Part shown: positions 24,064 through 32,944 of the stretch, in pieces
How positions within the stretch are numbered: the stretch's first letter is position 1
Layout of the letters: each line of letters begins with the position of its first letter
DNA from: Elusimicrobiota bacterium
GTDB taxonomy: Bacteria; Elusimicrobiota; Elusimicrobia; UBA1565; JACRDR01
Assembly (NCBI GenBank): GCA_041694815.1
Contig: JBGFSC010000018.1
Location: 10,598 to 74,597 of the forward strand
DNA length: 64,000 nt
Direction of reading: 5' to 3'
Position numbers and translations under genes: made by a program
Notes under the pieces: generated by a model
The model's input: only the letters and a program-made list of their open reading frames with translations
Told to the model about the DNA's origin: nothing
Database searches by the model: none

Positions 24064-25309
24064 GGCGGCCCCGCAGCGGCCAGCGGTGCTGGTGGCCCCG
24101 TTTTCCGGGGTCATCAGCCCGGTGGCCGCGGAGTTTTTGATCGACGCGGTGGCCTCCGCGGCCTCGGGAGGCTACGAGGCGCTCGTCATCGAGCTCGACA
24201 CGCCCGGCGGTTTGGACCCCTCGATGCGGCTCATCGTTAAGTCGATTCTCGGTTCGCCGGTGCCGGTTGTCGTCTACGTCGCTCCCTCGGGCGCGCGGGC
24301 GGCCTCGGCAGGGGCGTTCATCACCTTGGCGGCCCACGTCGCCGCCATGGCGCCCGGCACCAACATCGGCGCCGCGCACCCCGTCGCCCTCCCGAGCAGT
24401 ATCATGGATGCCGGACAGAAAAAGCAGGACTCGGTGATGGAGGGCAAGATGGTCAACGACGCCGCGGCCTACTTGCGCTCCATCGCCAAGCAGCGCGGGC
24501 GCAACGAGGAATGGGCCGCCCAAGCCGTTTCCAAAAGCGTCTCGCTGCCCGCCGAGGAGGCCGTCCGCCAGAACGTGGCGGATCTCGTGTCCCCGTCGCT
24601 GGAGGACCTGCTCAAGGCCTTAGACGGCAGGCGCCTGCCGGGTTGGCAGGACCCGCTGCGCCTGGCTTCGGCGCGCATCGAGCGTTTTCCAATGACGCGT
24701 AGGCAGCGCTGGCTCTCGGCGTTGAGCGATCCCAACGTCGCGATGATACTCATGTCCTTGGGGGCCGCTGGGCTCTTCATCGAGCTCTACAGCCCCGGGC
24801 TGATCTTTCCGGGAGTCGTGGGGGCCGTATCGTTGGTGCTGGCCTTCTACTCGTTCCAGACCCTCTCGGCCAACTACGCGGGAGTGATTCTCATTCTCTT
24901 GGGCATGCTTTTCTTCGCCTTGGAGGTGAAGCTGGCCAGCGCCGGGCTGATGGCCTTGGCCGGAGCGGTGTCGACGCTTTTAGGAGCCCTGCTGCTTTTT
25001 CCCAACCAGATCGGGGGACTGCGGGTGGCGTGGTCGACGCTGGGCGGCCTGGTGGCCGTCATGGCCGCCGGCGCCCTATTTTCCTCCGTGCTCCTCTACC
25101 GGCTCCAGCGGCGCAAGGGCGAGACCGGCGCCGAGGGGATGTTGGGGCAGAAAGGAGTCGCCGTGACGGTTCTGGGCCCTAAAGGTAAGGTTCAGGTGTC
25201 GGGGGAGTTATGGGATGCCGAGGCGGTTTCGGGGACGATACCTGAGGGAGCCGATATCGTCGTCGAAAAAGTTGAGGGACTGTTGCTCAAGGTTGCCTTG
25301 CCTAAATGA
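24002..25309 (+). CDS. NfeD-like membrane-bound serine protease (long form)
   Basis: LDTPGG, ARAASAG, APGTNIGAAHPV, TM block and C-terminal OB fold GELWDA; start uncertain. Confidence 0.88.
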   Translation: MLKARLGLFIGLSLAWAASSKAAPQRPAVLVAPFSGVISPVAAEFLIDAVASAASGGYEALVIELDTPGGLDPSMRLIVKSILGSPVPVVVYVAPSGARAASAGAFITLAAHVAAMAPGTNIGAAHPVALPSSIMDAGQKKQDSVMEGKMVNDAAAYLRSIAKQRGRNEEWAAQAVSKSVSLPAEEAVRQNVADLVSPSLEDLLKALDGRRLPGWQDPLRLASARIERFPMTRRQRWLSALSDPNVAMILMSLGAAGLFIELYSPGLIFPGVVGAVSLVLAFYSFQTLSANYAGVILILLGMLFFALEVKLASAGLMALAGAVSTLLGALLLFPNQIGGLRVAWSTLGGLVAVMAAGALFSSVLLYRLQRRKGETGAEGMLGQKGVAVTVLGPKGKVQVSGELWDAEAVSGTIPEGADIVVEKVEGLLLKVALPK

Positions 25310-26349
25310 CATGGATGCATTCAGAGATATTGGAGCAGCCGCATGTCGTTGCCAAGATATTCGATCGAGAATCTTCCCGCGCGGCGGCCATCGGAGAGAG
25401 GCTTAGGAGCAAATCCTTCCGTTCGTGCGTCTTTGTCGCGCGGGGGAGTTCCGATCATGCCGCGATCTTCGGCCGATACCTTGTTGAATCCTTTTGCGGT
25501 ATCCCAACCGCTTTAGCCGCGCCCTCCATCGCCACGCTTTATCGCCGCGGAGTCGATCTCTCGGGATCCGTCGCGATCGGGGTCAGCCAATCGGGACGCT
25601 CGGCCGACGTCGTCGAATACCTGCGCCGCGCCCGGCGCTGGGGCGCGTGGGCCTTGGCGGTGACCAACGATCCTCATTCGCCCTTGGCGGAAGCGGCGCA
25701 GGACGTCCTGTTGTGTCATGCCGGTGTCGAGCGCAGCGTAGCCGCGACCAAGACCTTCACGGCTCAGCTGGCCTGTCTCTATCTATTGGCCTCCGCCTGG
25801 GCGGGAGGCTCGATCCAAAAGCGCCTGCTTCGAGCATTCGCCGATGTCCCTCGGCTTCTCCGCGCGGCCCTACGCTGCGAGCAGCGGATCGCGGAGGCGG
25901 CGCGGCGCATCGGCGACGCCGACCGTTGCGTGGTGCTGGCTCGGGGTTTTTCCTTCCCTATCGCCTTAGAGACAGCGCTCAAGATGCAGGAGGCCGCCGG
26001 CATGCCGGCGCAGGGAGCCTCCGCAGCGGATTTCCTTCACGGCCCCGTCGCGGGCGTGGGGGAAGGGGATTGCGTGCTCGCATTGGCTCCCGCGGGGCCG
26101 GGACTGCCCTCGCTGCGCCGCGCGGCCGCGCGCATCCGGCGCGCGGGAGCCGAGCTCGTCGCCTTTGGCTCGGATGCGGCGCTGCTTCGCCTCGCGGACA
26201 ACCGTGTGCGCCTGGCCGCTGGCCCGGAGCCCGTTTCGGCCTTGCCGATGGCCGTCTGCGGCCAGTTGGTCGCCTATCATCTGGCGCGCTTTAAGGGTGC
26301 TAACCCCGACCGTCCCCGCGGCCTGCGCAAAGTCACCAAAACCTGGTAG
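25306..26349 (+). CDS. Double-SIS sugar-phosphate isomerase/deaminase (GlmS isomerase-like, no glutaminase domain)
   Basis: EILEQP, SQSG, VAATKTFTAQ, ETALK, HGP and PDRPRGLRKVT. Confidence 0.85.
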   Translation: MTWMHSEILEQPHVVAKIFDRESSRAAAIGERLRSKSFRSCVFVARGSSDHAAIFGRYLVESFCGIPTALAAPSIATLYRRGVDLSGSVAIGVSQSGRSADVVEYLRRARRWGAWALAVTNDPHSPLAEAAQDVLLCHAGVERSVAATKTFTAQLACLYLLASAWAGGSIQKRLLRAFADVPRLLRAALRCEQRIAEAARRIGDADRCVVLARGFSFPIALETALKMQEAAGMPAQGASAADFLHGPVAGVGEGDCVLALAPAGPGLPSLRRAAARIRRAGAELVAFGSDAALLRLADNRVRLAAGPEPVSALPMAVCGQLVAYHLARFKGANPDRPRGLRKVTKTW

Positions 26350-26358
26350 TTTTTCATT

Positions 26359-26394
26359 GGTGCCAGGCATCCACTTTCTATACTTTGTTGACTT
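26359..26394. repeat. Solo arm of palindromic element family B
   Basis: GGTGCCAGGCATCCACTTTCTATACTTT differs by one base from the arm at 52235-52262. Confidence 0.85.
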
Positions 26395-26405
26395 TCTCCA
26401 CATCC

Positions 26406-26496
26406 CAGGCCATTTGACCTAGAAAAATTAGGCCCAAAGACTAGAAAAGCTTGGGCCATTGGCCTCTGTGCAAAGAAGGCTTAAGGTACCTACAAT
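26406..26496 (+). promoter_or_regulatory. Three phased YRGGCC-initiated imperfect palindromes upstream of a TACAAT -10
   Basis: Units start at 26406, 26429 and 26452 (23-bp period); TACAAT at 26491. Confidence 0.6.
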
Positions 26497-26517
26497 AGCC
26501 CTATCAACGGGGGATTT

Positions 26518-27309
26518 ATGAATAGATGGATAGCTATATTCTTCCTGGGAACAGCCATTTCAAGCTACAGCGAATCGCCGTCGAGCGACGAGAGCTTCGC
26601 TCGGTCGGCGCAGGAGCTCAGCGATAAAGCCAAGCGTTCCCGCCGATTAAGCCGCAAGGACATCGAGGAGGTGATCGCCCGGGAGATGCCCGGCGCGCGG
26701 ATCGTCGAGCGCTGCCGTGTCCCGGCGAATCTTCGCGAGCATTCCGTTCCCGCCGGGGATATCCAGACAGTCAGAAAGCGCCTTATGAACGGCATCAACA
26801 AGGGAACCTGCAAGTCTATTATCGAGGCGATGGGTGTTCTTAATGATCTTTCAGATCATGAGCAATTAGTGTTCGGCCGTTGCGATAGTTGTGAATTCAT
26901 CGTTCGCAAGCCTCTCGGTGAAGCGATCGAAATCCTCCTCAAGGGAGAGGAAGACGCCGTGTTCGAGGCCCGCGCTAAGTTAATGCAGGCGCTGGTCAAT
27001 CTTGTCGGTTTTAAAGGCGAGGCCCGGCACGGTCGGTTTAAGGTCGTCGATGGCCGGCTCGTGACGCTGACGCCGGAGCAGGAAAAGGAAGAGTTGGCTC
27101 GGCGCCTGGAAGGCACCGTTCAGTCGCCTCCGATCGAGCACATGCAGGCCAGCTTGCTGATTCGCGAGCGCTATCCGGGCGCGAAAATCTTAGAGTACCA
27201 CGTAGAGGGTTATGCCAAGGAATTGTCGGGGACCGTCGTTATCGACGATAGCGGTGTAAAGAGAACCGTATTCATCGAAAAGCAGCGCATCGTTCGTTCC
27301 GTTCCGTAA
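26518..27309 (+). CDS. Hypothetical exported protein
   Basis: 263 aa; signal peptide; GGGGA SD; own promoter; no family recognised. Confidence 0.7.
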   Translation: MNRWIAIFFLGTAISSYSESPSSDESFARSAQELSDKAKRSRRLSRKDIEEVIAREMPGARIVERCRVPANLREHSVPAGDIQTVRKRLMNGINKGTCKSIIEAMGVLNDLSDHEQLVFGRCDSCEFIVRKPLGEAIEILLKGEEDAVFEARAKLMQALVNLVGFKGEARHGRFKVVDGRLVTLTPEQEKEELARRLEGTVQSPPIEHMQASLLIRERYPGAKILEYHVEGYAKELSGTVVIDDSGVKRTVFIEKQRIVRSVP

Positions 27310-27315
27310 TCGGTG

Positions 27316-27344
27316 ATTGGAGGTCACAGATTGTGACCTCCAAT
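27316..27344. terminator. Perfect palindrome between convergent genes (possible bidirectional terminator)
   Basis: ATTGGAGGTCACA-GAT-TGTGACCTCCAAT, 13-bp arms; no long U tract. Confidence 0.5.
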
Positions 27345-27355
27345 TCCACATCCCG

Positions 27356-27715
27356 CTAAAGGAACTCTTCGATCGTCTCGAGGAGCAGGTCGGTGTCGGT
27401 CTGCTTGTTGAGTATCCTGGCCTTCAGCGAGTCCGGCACGAGCCGGCGGGCCTGGTCCTCGCTGACCGCCGTCAGGAAGATCACGGGAATATTGGCCGTT
27501 TTGGGGTCGGCCTGCAGGGCCTTGCAGGCGGTGGACCCGTAGGCCCCCGGCATCATGAGGTCGGCGACGATGAGGTGGGGCAGCCAGCTTTTAGCCTTCT
27601 CGACCAATTGCACGCCGTCGGAGACCGAGGCGACCTCGTAGCCGCGGGCCTCGAGAATGTCGGTCAAGGCCGAGAGGATGTTGGGCGAGTCGTCAGCCAG
27701 GAGTATCCGGCTCAT
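27356..27715 (-). CDS. Single-domain response regulator receiver
   Basis: ILLADD, ADLMMPG and IPVIFLTA; 119 aa. Confidence 0.9.
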   Translation of the reverse strand: MSRILLADDSPNILSALTDILEARGYEVASVSDGVQLVEKAKSWLPHLIVADLMMPGAYGSTACKALQADPKTANIPVIFLTAVSEDQARRLVPDSLKARILNKQTDTDLLLETIEEFL

Positions 27716-28095
27716 GCCGCTTTGGCGGAGGGCGGGGCGAGGAGATCGGAGACGGCCTTAAGCAGCGCCAGCGGCTCCACCGGCTTAAACAGCAATCGGG
27801 ACCGGGGCGTCTCCGCCACGACCTTGCGCGCCTGGGCCTCCGGAACGGCCGTCAGGAAGATGACGGGGATCGAGGCGGTGACCGGGTCCTCCTGCAGCGC
27901 CTTGTAGGCGGCAGAGCCGTAGGCCCCGGGCATCATGAGGTCGGCGATGATGAGGTGGGGACGCCAGGTCTTTGATTTCTCGATCATCTCGACTCCGTCG
28001 TGCACGGAGACCACCTGATGCCCGCGCGACTCGAGGATATCGGTCAAGAGCAATACGATCTCCGGCACGTCGTCGGCGACCATGATCAAGGCCAT
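27712..28095 (-). CDS. Single-domain response regulator receiver
   Basis: True start ATG 28095 (MALIMVADD) overlapping upstream stop; ADLMMPG, FLTA and FKP. Confidence 0.9.
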   Translation of the reverse strand: MALIMVADDVPEIVLLLTDILESRGHQVVSVHDGVEMIEKSKTWRPHLIIADLMMPGAYGSAAYKALQEDPVTASIPVIFLTAVPEAQARKVVAETPRSRLLFKPVEPLALLKAVSDLLAPPSAKAA

Positions 28096-30581
28096 CAGAG
28101 CGACAGCAGAGCGCTCTGCAGGTGGTAATAGGGGGGGCGGGCGCGGTAGCGCTGGATGGCTTCCTTGAGGATCTCGCCGATGAACTGCTCGTAGCTGAGC
28201 CCGATCATCTCGGCGCACGCGGGAACGCAGTCGCCCCGATTGATGGACGGATTCGGGTTGATCTCGAGCACGTAGGGGTTTCCCGAGCGGTCGACGCGTA
28301 CCTCGATGCGGGCGTAGTCGTGGCAGTCGAAGATGTTGTAGGCGTCGAGGCATATCTCCGAGATGAGCGCCGTAAGCTTCTGCGAATAGCGCGCGGGCCG
28401 CTCGGTGCGGATCTTCTCGTAGACCGGGTCCTCGGACCATTTGGCCTTGAAGGGATAGATGTGCCAGAAGCCCTGCGGCATCTCATCGAAGACGCTTCGC
28501 GACAAGGGGAGGGCCTTGACCCGCTCCTCGTTGCCCATGATGCTGACGTCGACCTCGTCGCCGTCGATGAACTCCTCGATGAGCACGGGGCGGTGGAACT
28601 GGGTCAGGATGAGGTTCACCTGCTCCTTTAAATCCTTGAGGCTCGTGACCACCGATTTGTTGGAGATGCCGATGGAGTTGTCGGTGTTGGCCGGCTTGAC
28701 GATGAGCGGGTAGCGAAGGTCCTCCCGGATCGGCTCCTCCGCCTGGAAGACGTAATCGAACTTGGGGGTCGGGATTTCGTGGTACTCGAGCACCTTCTTG
28801 ACCTTGATCTTGTCGATGCACAGCGCCAGGGTTAGGGGGTTGGAGCCGGTGTAGGGGATGCCGAGGCAGTCGAGCATCGCGGCGGCGTGGGGCTCGAGCA
28901 GCGAGGAGTTGTTGATGCGCTCGCAGACGTTGAAGACGAGGTCCACGTTCGCCTCGGCGATCTTGTCGAAAGGCAGGGGCGTCTCGTTCATGTCGAAGAA
29001 AGTCACCCGGTGGCCCATCGACTCGAGCGCCTTCTGGATATTGAGCCCCACGGAGGTCAGGTCCTGGTGCACCGCCGCCTCGGAGGAGCCGTCCTCGTTC
29101 TCGCCGGCGGTCTCCTCGTAGCGGTTGCAGAGTATGCCGACGTGCAACGATCCCAGGGCCTTGGTGTCGACGCTGCGGATCTTCTCGAGCCTTGCCGATT
29201 GCACGATCCGCCGGCGGGCGACCTGCGCGGCGTTGAACCGGTTGCGGCGCCTCGTCTTGCCGATGGTGGAGGTCGAGTCAAAGCGGGCGATGGTGACGTG
29301 CACCTGCCGCATGGCGTCGTCCAAGTTTTGCTCGGCCTCGGCGTAGGTGTTTCCGCGGCCGACCAGCCAGCCGATGGCCTCGAATCCCTCGGGCGGCACG
29401 AGCACGGGATCGCCGATCTCCTTGAGCAGCGTGATATCGTGGATCGAATCGCTGACCGGGGGGTCCTGCTCGGAGCCGGCCTGCGGCGTCGTCAGGCCGC
29501 TGATGACGCCCGAGGAGGAGGGAATCAGGTAAGCGCCGACGAGATGGGTCAGCGCCTCCTTAGGCCGCTTGGGCTCGCAGGGCATTCCCATCGCGATCTT
29601 GAGCGATTCCTCGATCATGTCCACGCCCCAGACGTTGCGGACCCAGTCGTAGATGTAGTCGCCGCCCATGCGGGCGTTGAGTTCCACGAGCTTGGGACCC
29701 GTGGGCGATATCTTGGCCTCCACGTGCAGCGCCCCGTTCGTGAGGCCCAGGGCCTTCGTGACCTCGCGTCCCATCGTAAGCACGGCCTCCAGGTCCGAAG
29801 CCTCGTGCCGGGAGGGCATCGCGTCGCCCGTCTCGACGAAAAAGGGCTCCTTCGTTGGGAAGTTGTCCGTGAAGGAGTGGAACTTGATCTTGCCGTCCTG
29901 CACGAGAAGGTCAAGGTCTACCTCGGCGCCCTGCAGGTAGCCCTCGCAGAGTATCTCCGTCCCGTAGGTGTAAATGGAGTCGAACTTGGGCGTCATGTTC
30001 GCCCGGATGTATTCGAAGGCGTTGACGGCCTCCTCGAGGTTCTCCAGGCGCACGACGAACTGGCTCTTCTCTCCCCAAGCCGGCTTGAGAACGCAGGGAA
30101 ACCCGATGCGGGAGGTCTCGCGCTTCAAGTCGCGAAGGCTCTTGATCTCGGCGAAGGGAACGGAGTATTTCGAAAGACCGGCGTCTTCCAGGACCCGGCG
30201 GGTGCGCAGCTTGTTGCGCGCGTTGAGGGCCGCCTCCGGCGAGTGCCCGATCCAGCCGAAGCGCTCGCAGAGCACGGCGGCCAAGGGGATGTCCTCCTCG
30301 AAGAAGGTCAGCACGCCGTCGATCGCGGCCGCCTTGAGGTGCTCCTCCGTCTGGCCGATGCACTCGGCCTGATCCAGGGTGTCGGCGGAAAGCAAGGTGT
30401 CGGCGTAGCGTCCCGCCCAATTGTTCTCCTTGTTGAGAAGGACGATCCGTAGCCCGAGGCTCTTTAACTTCTGGAAGATAAAGCGCTTCTTGGGCGGGCC
30501 CGAATTGACGACGAGCAGCGACTTGCCCTTGAAAAGGTCGGCCGTCTCGACGGGGGCGTCGCTGGAAGCGGCAGAGAGCAT
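28095..30581 (-). CDS. Double ATP-grasp protein (L-amino-acid-ligase-like fused to Ddl-like)
   Basis: Domain 1 FPCVLKP...ELNARMGGD; domain 2 PYTGS, YPLIVKP..DNSIGIS and DYARIEVR..LEINPNP; start ATG 30581 inferred from TATAAT. Confidence 0.85.
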   Translation of the reverse strand: MLSAASSDAPVETADLFKGKSLLVVNSGPPKKRFIFQKLKSLGLRIVLLNKENNWAGRYADTLLSADTLDQAECIGQTEEHLKAAAIDGVLTFFEEDIPLAAVLCERFGWIGHSPEAALNARNKLRTRRVLEDAGLSKYSVPFAEIKSLRDLKRETSRIGFPCVLKPAWGEKSQFVVRLENLEEAVNAFEYIRANMTPKFDSIYTYGTEILCEGYLQGAEVDLDLLVQDGKIKFHSFTDNFPTKEPFFVETGDAMPSRHEASDLEAVLTMGREVTKALGLTNGALHVEAKISPTGPKLVELNARMGGDYIYDWVRNVWGVDMIEESLKIAMGMPCEPKRPKEALTHLVGAYLIPSSSGVISGLTTPQAGSEQDPPVSDSIHDITLLKEIGDPVLVPPEGFEAIGWLVGRGNTYAEAEQNLDDAMRQVHVTIARFDSTSTIGKTRRRNRFNAAQVARRRIVQSARLEKIRSVDTKALGSLHVGILCNRYEETAGENEDGSSEAAVHQDLTSVGLNIQKALESMGHRVTFFDMNETPLPFDKIAEANVDLVFNVCERINNSSLLEPHAAAMLDCLGIPYTGSNPLTLALCIDKIKVKKVLEYHEIPTPKFDYVFQAEEPIREDLRYPLIVKPANTDNSIGISNKSVVTSLKDLKEQVNLILTQFHRPVLIEEFIDGDEVDVSIMGNEERVKALPLSRSVFDEMPQGFWHIYPFKAKWSEDPVYEKIRTERPARYSQKLTALISEICLDAYNIFDCHDYARIEVRVDRSGNPYVLEINPNPSINRGDCVPACAEMIGLSYEQFIGEILKEAIQRYRARPPYYHLQSALLSL

Positions 30582-30588
30582 GAACCCA

Positions 30589-32274
30589 TTATATATCAAA
30601 TGCGCCTGAGAACGCCGACTCAAGCTTGGCGAGGAATTCGGAGGCGGAGGAGATGCGCCGGTCGGGATCGGGCTGGAGCGCCCCGTCGATGAGCGCGTCG
30701 ATGGCGCTTGGCAGGCCGCGCCGGCGCCGCGAGGGGCGTGTGAAATCCATCGCGAGCTTCGCCGAGGAGGTGACCGGAGCCGCGAAGGGACGATCTCCGG
30801 TCAGCATCTCGTAAAGGCAGGCTCCCAGGGAATAGAGGTCGGATTCCTTGCGGACGATTCCCAGCTCGGCCTCCGGCGCCATGTAAAAGGGGGTACCGAC
30901 GATGGTCTGCGTGATGCCCGCCTTCTCTGCGGCCTCCTTGGCGCGGCGGGCGATGCCGAAATCCATCACCTTGATCTCCCCGCCCAGTCCCCACATGATA
31001 TTGGAGGGCTTAAGGTCCCTATGGACGATGTGCCGTTGATGGGCGAAATCGAGCGCGTCGCAGACGCCGCGCATAACGTGGAGGGTCTGCGCGGCGCCGA
31101 GAGCCCCGTCCTTGGCCAGGATCTCCTCGAGGGTGCGACCCTCGACGAATTCGAAGACCAGGCAAAGTTCCCGGGCATGTTCGAGCACGGCGTGGATCGA
31201 GACGATGGAGGGGTGGCGTAACGAACCAACCAAGCGGGCCTCCTGCAGGAAACGCTCGCGCTCCTTGGCGTCAAGACGGATTTCGTCGCGCATGCGCTTG
31301 ATGGCGACCCTACGCCCCATGGAGGTGTCGAGAGCCTCGTAGACGATGCCCATTCCACCGCGCCCGATCGTCCGGAGCAATTGAAAGTGGCCTATGGTCT
31401 CGACGCCGGCCGGAGCCCCGCGGCGGGCGCAGTCGAGCACCCATAGGAGCACCGCTCCCAGGGCTAGTAGCGTGGCGGCCGCCAGCTGGACCCAGTCGCG
31501 CCCGCGCGCCGGCGCCGCGGCGGCCGGAGCGGGTTCCATGGAATTCTCCCGAGGAAGGGCGTGCTTTTCGATCGCCCGCCGATAGGCGGCGTCGAAGCGC
31601 GGGTCGAGGGAGACGGCCCGCTGATAATCCGAGAACATGGCCGGTAGATTGCCTAATTTCTCATGCGTGCGCGCGCGCACGGCGTAGGCGGAGCCGTCGG
31701 CGGCCTGCAGCCGAATCGATCGGGTGGAGTCGTTAAGGGCGTCCCGGTATCGCCCCAATTCCAGCATGGCCTCGGCGCGGGCATCCAAGGCGAGGGAGTT
31801 GGTCGGCTCCAGGTCGAGGGCCCTCTCGGCGTCGAGCACCGCCTTTTCCCATTCCCCCGCCGCGCAATAGGCCAACGCGCGCAGGCCATAGGCTTGGGCG
31901 TCCTTATCATTGGCCGCTATGGCCTTGCTCGTCTCGAGTACGGAGCCCCAAGGATCCTCCAGGTCCACGCGGGCCCCCGAGCGCTTGTTGAAGGCGAGTT
32001 GGGCATAATCGGCCGGAGAGAGCTCGGGGGGGGCCTCCGCCGTTTTCTCGGGCGAGGGCTGCGTCTCGAGCCTGCTCTCGGCTAAGCGCAGCGTGGTCCA
32101 GGCGACCGCATCGTTGCGGTCGACGCCCAAGGCGCGCCGCGCGTCGGCGGCCGCGAGCCGGTAGCGGCCGGATCGGTAATGGGCTACGGCGCTGGCGCTG
32201 GGGTCTGCGAACCTCTCTTGGGAGAACGCGGAGGGGGCCAGCAGAAAAAGGGAAAGCAATATCCGTTCGGGCAT
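30589..32274 (-). CDS. Receptor-like Ser/Thr kinase: signal peptide-TPR-TM-kinase
   Basis: GRGGMGIVY, VAIK, HRDLKPSN, DFG and GTPFYMAPE; TPRs and a TM helix precede the kinase. Confidence 0.92.
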   Translation of the reverse strand: MPERILLSLFLLAPSAFSQERFADPSASAVAHYRSGRYRLAAADARRALGVDRNDAVAWTTLRLAESRLETQPSPEKTAEAPPELSPADYAQLAFNKRSGARVDLEDPWGSVLETSKAIAANDKDAQAYGLRALAYCAAGEWEKAVLDAERALDLEPTNSLALDARAEAMLELGRYRDALNDSTRSIRLQAADGSAYAVRARTHEKLGNLPAMFSDYQRAVSLDPRFDAAYRRAIEKHALPRENSMEPAPAAAAPARGRDWVQLAAATLLALGAVLLWVLDCARRGAPAGVETIGHFQLLRTIGRGGMGIVYEALDTSMGRRVAIKRMRDEIRLDAKERERFLQEARLVGSLRHPSIVSIHAVLEHARELCLVFEFVEGRTLEEILAKDGALGAAQTLHVMRGVCDALDFAHQRHIVHRDLKPSNIMWGLGGEIKVMDFGIARRAKEAAEKAGITQTIVGTPFYMAPEAELGIVRKESDLYSLGACLYEMLTGDRPFAAPVTSSAKLAMDFTRPSRRRRGLPSAIDALIDGALQPDPDRRISSASEFLAKLESAFSGAFDI

Positions 32275-32287
32275 GGGGTGTGACACT

Positions 32288-32316
32288 AGTCTAGGGCCCA
32301 TCCTGATTCCTGTCAA
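32288..32316 (-). promoter_or_regulatory. sigma70 promoter of the kinase
   Basis: TTGACA-17 bp-TAGACT on minus strand, 13 nt before ATG 32274. Confidence 0.7.
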
Positions 32317-32413
32317 GGGGTCGGCGCCGCAGCCATTATTTGCTCATCGGCGCCACCCCGCCCTCATGATATTCCTTGTAAAATGATAGAATAACGACGT
32401 TCGTGTTTTAGGC

Positions 32414-32944
32414 ATGCAACAAGACATAGGGATCGAGTTCCTCAAAGCACTCAACCGTTATTTCACTCCCGTCGCCATCGGAGTCGTCCTTTTGGCGGTG
32501 CTTTGCACCCCTGAGTTGCCGAAGCCGATCTTCGCGGCCTCCATGGCCTTAATCGTGGCCTCCGTCGCGTTCAATACAATCTCGGCCGTCTACATCATTG
32601 AGCATCCCTCCACCTGGCGCACGGGCGGGTACGTCCGAGTCGCGGTGAACCTGGCCTTCAGCGCGGCATGCTACCTTCTCTTGAGAAGCTATTGGCCGAT
32701 GATTTGGGTGTTGTTTTCGCTCGGGCCCGTGGCCATGGCCTTCTACGGCGATGTGTCGGAGACCTTCGCCACCCTGTTGGCCGTCGCTCTGGTCATGGGA
32801 GGGCGGTTGTGGTGGGAGCAAAACCAGGATCCGCGCGCCTGGGGCGAGGCGGGGCTACAGCTGTTCTACATCCTATTGCTCAGCCTATTCCTCATCCGGG
32901 TCGCGCAGCTCATCCGCAAGGAAAAATCCGCGCGCCGGGTATGA
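32414..32944 (+). CDS. Hypothetical multi-pass membrane protein
   Basis: About 5-6 hydrophobic segments; ATGA overlap with the next gene. Confidence 0.7.
   Translation: MQQDIGIEFLKALNRYFTPVAIGVVLLAVLCTPELPKPIFAASMALIVASVAFNTISAVYIIEHPSTWRTGGYVRVAVNLAFSAACYLLLRSYWPMIWVLFSLGPVAMAFYGDVSETFATLLAVALVMGGRLWWEQNQDPRAWGEAGLQLFYILLLSLFLIRVAQLIRKEKSARRV

Noticed and set aside
28095..29150. Calling the C-terminal ATP-grasp domain ddl or van
   Set aside because: Lacks GGxSxE and EVNTxPG motifs; fused to a second ligase; no cell-wall gene context
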